Source: Macrostomum hystrix
Lineage: Eukaryota; Animalia; Platyhelminthes
Assembly: GCA_950097015.1 (NCBI GenBank)
Contig: CATNEN010000007.1
Span: 1,240,001 to 1,304,000, forward strand
Direction of reading: 5' to 3'
Length of the DNA: 64,000 bases
In this document: one piece after another, positions 58,145 to 64,000 of the stretch
Layout of the letters: the number at the start of each line of letters is the position of its first letter
Position numbering within the stretch: position 1 is the first letter of the stretch
The notes under the pieces: model-generated
The model's database searches: none
What the model was told of the DNA's origin: nothing
What the model saw: only the letters and a program-made list of their open reading frames with translations
Position numbers and translations under genes: made by a program

Positions 58145-58822
58145 CAATCCCAGATACTCAAATTCCCAGGTGTCACCCAGCCGATCCCAGATACTCAAAT
58201 TCCCGGGTGTCACCCAGCCAATCCCAGATACTCAAATTCCCGGGTGTCACCCAGCCGATCCCAGATACTCAAATTCCCGGGTGTCACCCAGCCAATCCCA
58301 GATACTCAAATTCCCAGGTGTCACCCAGCCGATCCCAGATACTCAAATTCCCAGGTGTCACCCAGCCAATCCCAGATACTCAAATTCCCAGGTGTCACCC
58401 AGCCAATCCCAGATACTCAAATTCCCAGGTGTCACCCAGCCGATCCCAGATACTCAAATTCCCAGGTGTCACCCAGCCAATCCCAGATACTCAAATTCCC
58501 AGGTTTCACCCAGCCGATCCCAGATACTCAAATTCCCAGGTGTCACCCAGCCGATCCCAGATACTCAAATTCCCAGGTGTCACCCAGCCAATCCCAGATA
58601 CTCAAATTCCCAGGTGTCACCCAGCCAATCCCAGATACTCAAATTCCCAGGTGTCACCCAGCCAATCCCAGATACTCAAATTCCCAGGTATCACCCAGCC
58701 GATCCCAGATACTCAAATTCCCAGGTATCACCCAGCCGATCCCAGATACTCAAATTCCCAGGTTTCACCCAGCCGATCCCAGATACTCAAATTCCCAGGT
58801 GTCACCCAGCCGATCCCAGATC
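58145..58822. repeat. 37-bp minisatellite, about 18 copies
   Basis: Unit ATCCCAGATACTCAAATTCCCAGGTGTCACCCAGCC(G/A). Confidence 0.97.
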
Positions 58823-61800
58823 CAGGGACTCCATAAGAATTTCTTGGTGCTTGGGTAGATTCCCTAATTGAAATTAAAAACTGCAGGAGCTGCTGTTACA
58901 CCTTACTCACCATATTAAGCACCTCTTCCAGTCTGAATATACGGTTACTTTTTAAAACGAAATCCTTGAATGCTTCGTTAATTTTATGTCGATTGCTTCA
59001 AAAGTTTTGTAGTCCCTTTTTAGTGAGTGTTATCTAAGTGCTCTGCAAGTTTTTAGTTAATTTACACTTTAATTTCCTATTTTGTGTGGACTATGAAAAA
59101 ATATCCATGCAATTTTGTGGAGAAATTTCTTTGTGTTTTCAACTATATTTTGTTCCCTTACATTTTTGGGCACCCGGTCTTACAATAGGAGTCATAAGGA
59201 TACAGATTTAGAGCCAGGCGATGAACTTCTCATTACTTTATGCATAGCATTTTCTCCAGCAATTTGTTTCATCCCGTGTTTTTTTCTCGCCAGATTCTAT
59301 TGCTTGGCCATCTGCGTTTCTCTCTTATAAAATCTAGTGTATGCCCGCCCTACCCAATTTGCATCCCGCCGTTTGTATTCCCCATCCCCAGTGAGCCTTA
59401 GGCCACTCGTTCCCGTCCAGTCTCCGCCCCCACGCCTCAGTCCGCTAATCACCGTTTTTTTCTCCTAAACAATTGTTTCTAAGGTATCTGCTAAATTCCT
59501 TCCAGGATAGCTTCTATCATCAGTATATTACTACTACTATTATTAGGTTTGCTACTATTATTAGTAGCATTCGCATATTCGAAACTAGATTTGTTAACTA
59601 GAGAGGCGCGCAAATTCTACTTGACACCCTCCGATGCCTTTGGGTGTCGTTGTTGTAATTGCTGTTTAAATCTCGTATTTTAGTTTTTCCCAAGTCGGGA
59701 TTAGGGAAGCTCCGCTGTGTGTAATTTTTGGGGTGGGTATTCATTACTTTAACTATTGGCTTGTTTGTGTGCGCGCAGGGAGCAGACTCGTCTGAGTTTA
59801 TTTAGTCTCTCTTTTTCATTTGTATCCGTCAGCTACGAGTATATGAATTTTGGATCTGCAGGTGTCTCATACTGAGAAGAGAGCACTTATCTTTACTAGT
59901 AGATTTATATATGTCCCACTGAATCAAAGCTGCTATGATCTTAACATATACACCCTGCCCCTTAATCTGCCGCGCCTAGTTTTGGTGCATAGTGAGAGAA
60001 TTTCATAACTGGCTCGCTTTTGTTCCAGTTAGATATTTCTCGTGTGTTCTCCGAAATTTCCAGCTAAACGGCGCATTAAATTCGCAGCTTTGCTAACAAA
60101 CTAATAAATGGGAAGATCGACCACTTTTTGAAGATAATTAAAGAAAGCAGAAATACTAGCTTTAATTATAATTATTTAAGAACGAGTATCACTCTCTCGT
60201 CGACTGCAATTTCTTCATTGGACTGCTTTGTTTTCTTGCTTTGTTCATTTATTTTTACTGTGTGAAGGTTGCAGTCCTGTAGCTATTGCTTCGGACTCCT
60301 AACTGGGACTTCAATAGTATGAATATCATAACAGACAAACAAACCCCTTGAGCAGACCACATACTTCCCCGTATTAATTGAACAGCTGTACACCACAGCT
60401 TTGCTGCGGCTGTGGCATTTTGCCCAACTTGCTTAGGTCTAATTTATATTATGTGTGTTTAATCGCCTACTTATAGTAGACAAGTAGGATATGCAAATTT
60501 TCAGATAGACGCGTACATTTCAAGTATTCAGCGTAAGCTCTGGCTAAAAATAGAACTAGGGAATCTCCTCCGACATTCATTAGTCTCGAAATTTCCTCGG
60601 TGCATCGGCCAAGGTTAAAGGAAATTTACGACTCTTTCCCTTCTCCCAGCCTGTAGATCTGTAGTCCGAAAATGTTTCGTCGCCATAGTTACTAGCTTGT
60701 GTGCCTGCTTGCGAATTATTTGAAGTACTTTAACTTTAGAAGCTGATTCTCGACGCTTATCTGACTTGGCAGTCAAACATGCTGCACTTTCTCACGAGAC
60801 TACCTAGTCTCCGAGTGAGAGACACGAACAATAGTTCACAATAGATAAGCTATATATTGCGCCTTATAAAACTGGCTGCAAGGACTGTCAGAAATCTTGT
60901 ACTAACCCGATACTTGACGAGTTTATTTTTGTTTTAGTAATTGTACTTATTACATGACAATTAAGCCGCTGCCCGCTGTCACGCAACAATCTCTGCTTTG
61001 GAAAGCATTACAGTTTTTTAGCTAATTGAAGAAAGTCAATAGCAATTGATGCCTTTGATTAGCAATCAAAGCCTGTTTAAGCATGTTTAATCAGAGCTTT
61101 CATTATTCAGAAGCAGAAAAATGCTGGCAAAAATGGAAAGACTTATTATGTACATATGCGCGTGCTTGATTTCCTGGTTGGTCACATTCATGATAGAAAT
61201 CTGACAGCGAAATAAGAGGAAACAGGCAGCTATAGAATAGTTTCTGAAGTAAAATTGGTTTAACATGGCAACAAGAAAGATAGAATGACAGTAAATTAAT
61301 AATCAGGTGTTGAAAGTGGTGCAATTATTAGAATCAAATTTATCAATTCAGAGATGCTATTATAGCTTAGCTGAATTGTTATATTGAGCATTTCGGAAAT
61401 TGTTTAGAAAACAAAACTTTAAAAGTAGGTTTCACATCACACATGTCAAGTAAAACGTACTCGCGGGGTGAAAAAAAGCATTAGAATTTTTTTAAACTTG
61501 TTTTTTCAAATGAAAAGCAAGTTTTAAGCTCTAACAGAACAAACAAAAGCAAAGGAAAATCAGGTTTTTCATGTCGGGACTTGGGTTCCTAGCGACAGAG
61601 ACAGAATCTCCACGCCCAGCAGCCGCGCGGGATAAAAAAAGCCTTGATAAAAAATAATGATTTGTGCTTTCGTTTTCAACTTAGCATGAGCGATAAAGCG
61701 TCATTCTGTGAAGTTATGCTTAGTGTTCAGCTAGATAAATAAACGAACAGTAGCGAATTTTAGAAATTCAACAAAAAACAATAGCTTGCGGCAACAAAAG

Positions 61801-61842
61801 TACATACTCCGATCTTCACTTGGGTCTTGACTCAATTTAAAC

Positions 61843-62637
61843 TCAGGCGGCAATTTGACTGCTGCTCTCGTCGTAAGCGACCAGCATCATGTCGGTGAAG
61901 TTGCACCGCTTGTGCTGCATCTGCAGCAACTCGCCAGTTGAAGCCTGGTCCTGCTGCTGATCGTCGCCAGTGGAAGCCGACTCCGACATTGAAATTGACG
62001 ATGACGCGTCGCCGACGCTGTCGCGATCTTCAATTCGCGTCACTGTGCCGTTCTCGCTGCAGCCGAAGATCACGGCTGGCAGCTGGCGACCGTTGACAAG
62101 AAGGCCGAGATTGCGCGACTCTTCGAGCGGGGCGAACACAGACTTGGCCGTGGTGGCCGGTGGCGCGCGGTCATCAATGATGAGGCAGACGGCTTTGCCC
62201 ACATTTTTAGCCAGCTGCAGATGTTTAAGCAGCAGGTTGATGTTCTGCTTGGTCACGCCCAGCTTGACTAGGTTGATCTCGCGCCGGACTAGTTCGCGTT
62301 GCATCGACTCCGCGGCCGTCTTGCAGTCGAGTATGGCGCCAAAGACTCCTAGCTGGCCTAGGATGGCGCCAAAGTCGGCATCCAAGACGCCCTCTCGGAG
62401 CAGCGTGCTTCGCGGCATCACTACCGGATAGAAGCCGGACTCCTCGGCAATGGTGAGCACGCTCTCCAGGCTGTCAGCGTCACGAATGCGGCTCCACAGG
62501 AGCTCTCGGTCGCCAGTGACTATGGCCCCGATCTGCTGCTGCTGCTCCGATAAAGGCGAATGGCTGTTACTGCTACTACTACTGTTATTGCTAGGGCTAC
62601 GATAACCGCGAACCTGCGACAGACTGCTCGGCGACAT
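61843..62637 (-). CDS. 264-aa ORF of unknown function (single exon or terminal exon)
   Basis: GC3-rich, non-repetitive frame with a Ser/Gln-rich N-terminus and a globular alpha/beta core (GKAVCLIIDD...VFAPLEESRN...LPAVIFGCS). The frame stays open about 25 nt upstream to a possible acceptor ttctaag. Confidence 0.75.
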   Translation of the reverse strand: MSPSSLSQVRGYRSPSNNSSSSSNSHSPLSEQQQQIGAIVTGDRELLWSRIRDADSLESVLTIAEESGFYPVVMPRSTLLREGVLDADFGAILGQLGVFGAILDCKTAAESMQRELVRREINLVKLGVTKQNINLLLKHLQLAKNVGKAVCLIIDDRAPPATTAKSVFAPLEESRNLGLLVNGRQLPAVIFGCSENGTVTRIEDRDSVGDASSSISMSESASTGDDQQQDQASTGELLQMQHKRCNFTDMMLVAYDESSSQIAA

Positions 62638-64000
62638 TGCGTTGGGTGAAAATCTTGTGGCGCTTAGAAAGAAAATCTATAGAAATTTTGCCTGTAGGCT
62701 TTGAGAAATCAGACTGCTAGGCTGACTCAACTTGGCTCTTGGGGCTAAAGGCCGCCCACGAATTCGGCTTTATCAGTCCAGGAAAAGGGAGAAGGTTGAA
62801 TGGAGGACAAACTGCCCATTCACTGAATACGTGCCTCTCGATGGAAACCTCCGTGCGACCTTGAATGCGCGCAAATTCATTGGCCAGCAGTGGGGGTTCC
62901 CGGGGTATCCCGCACGCCAGCTGGGACTGATAGCTTTTCTCAGGCAATTTCCACTAGCCTAAACGCCCTCCAGCGCACATAGACACTGCACAAGATTTGC
63001 GCAGCTGTCACCGCAGTGCGCGCCTTCAAAGCTAAGCGATCGTCTAATATTGTTTTTGTGTATACTGTGTAGATGCGTGATTAACTCAAGCGAAAAACAG
63101 TTATAAAAAGAAATTGTCATTACTTCATTTCTAAATTTCTTTACTAGGAATAAAAGCTTTATGTAGAACATTCGTTTGCATTTATACATTTGCGGATACA
63201 ATTTATACAAATGCGGTCGCCGGTCTGTCTTCATATCTTGGCCATGATGCAAAACCACACTACTTGTTTCAATTATTTTTATGTTTACCAGTTTGTTTCT
63301 AGTAAGAGATGCTTATTTTTTAATGTTCTCTACGCTCGTAGATGAGAAAGCTATTATAGTACATAAAAATTTGACAGGCGTAATATTTACAATTACGCCT
63401 ATCATAAATTATATTTACTTATTTACAAATTGGCGTAACTGAAAACACTTGTGGGAGAGAGAGGTTACTACTACTTGCTTTTATCAGAGCTGATTAATAA
63501 TAATATATCTGGTGATTTAGGTGTTTTCAAGAATTTACGAGTCCTTAAACTTAATGTCGCTGATTTGCCCCTTGCAGCTTGACCAAGAAATCGAAGTAGG
63601 TATTTTTGTTATGCGCCTACTCAACGAGTTACTTAAAACAGTTAAGTAGTTCTTATTTCAGCGTCCCAGTCAAAGCATAAGATTTAAGAAAAAAAAATCA
63701 CACGCTTTTTTACTTTCTGTCAAGCGGTCTCAAAATCAACCGACAAAAAATGCCCATCGTACTACTAAGACAGTAGTGAGCTTAGAACAGTTTACCAAAT
63801 ATGACACTAGTAACAAATAATTATCCCTTCATATGTAGACTTAACTACAAGTCGAGTGCTACGTTTGCACCACTACTGCTTGCTGACTGTCTGGCGTTGC
63901 GGCTTCTTCATCAGTGCTACTTGCTGACTGTGCTTTAACTGCGTAATTGTTTGTTTTTTATTCGTTTTTTCCGAGGTTTTGCCACCAGATAAGCCACAGT

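Noticed and set aside
58004-58871. Three overlapping repetitive ORFs
   Set aside because: They are a 37-bp tandem repeat read in three frames.
62717-63258. Short ORFs upstream of the 264-aa ORF that might be further exons
   Set aside because: No frame gave a consistent acceptor-donor pair without stops, so support is insufficient.

Overview
Eukaryotic, intron-containing animal genomic DNA. The GC3-rich exons, poly-Gln/poly-Ala runs, AT-rich intergenic DNA and very dense minisatellites suggest a free-living flatworm such as Macrostomum; this is an inference. Minus-strand genes, in genomic order: the 5' part of a DEG/ENaC channel (runs off the left edge); a GSK3/shaggy kinase with an atypical N-terminus; a small two-exon gene of unknown family that may be spliced onto GSK3; and a five-exon 7TM membrane protein spread over about 17.7 kb, which I assembled by hand and which is absent as a unit from the ORF track. 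A single-exon ORF lies near the right end. Plus-strand genes: an intronless rhodopsin-class peptide GPCR, and an ataxin-2 gene (Lsm, LsmAD, PAM2) whose frame is broken by one extra base at ACC-TAA-T. Mobile DNA: a 5'-truncated RT-RNase H LINE (I-group/Loa-like) flanked by a 485-bp direct duplication; two tRNA-derived SINE families, one a CORE-SINE and one sharing a 3' hairpin with the LINE; and two MITEs. About 22 different minisatellite arrays are present, many of them intronic. They include a 3.8-kb array and an inverted pair able to fold back. Most long ORFs in the supplied track are minisatellite artefacts. No CRISPR, rRNA or intact tRNA gene was found. All exon models come from manual reading of GT-AG sites and phase bookkeeping, without transcript data.
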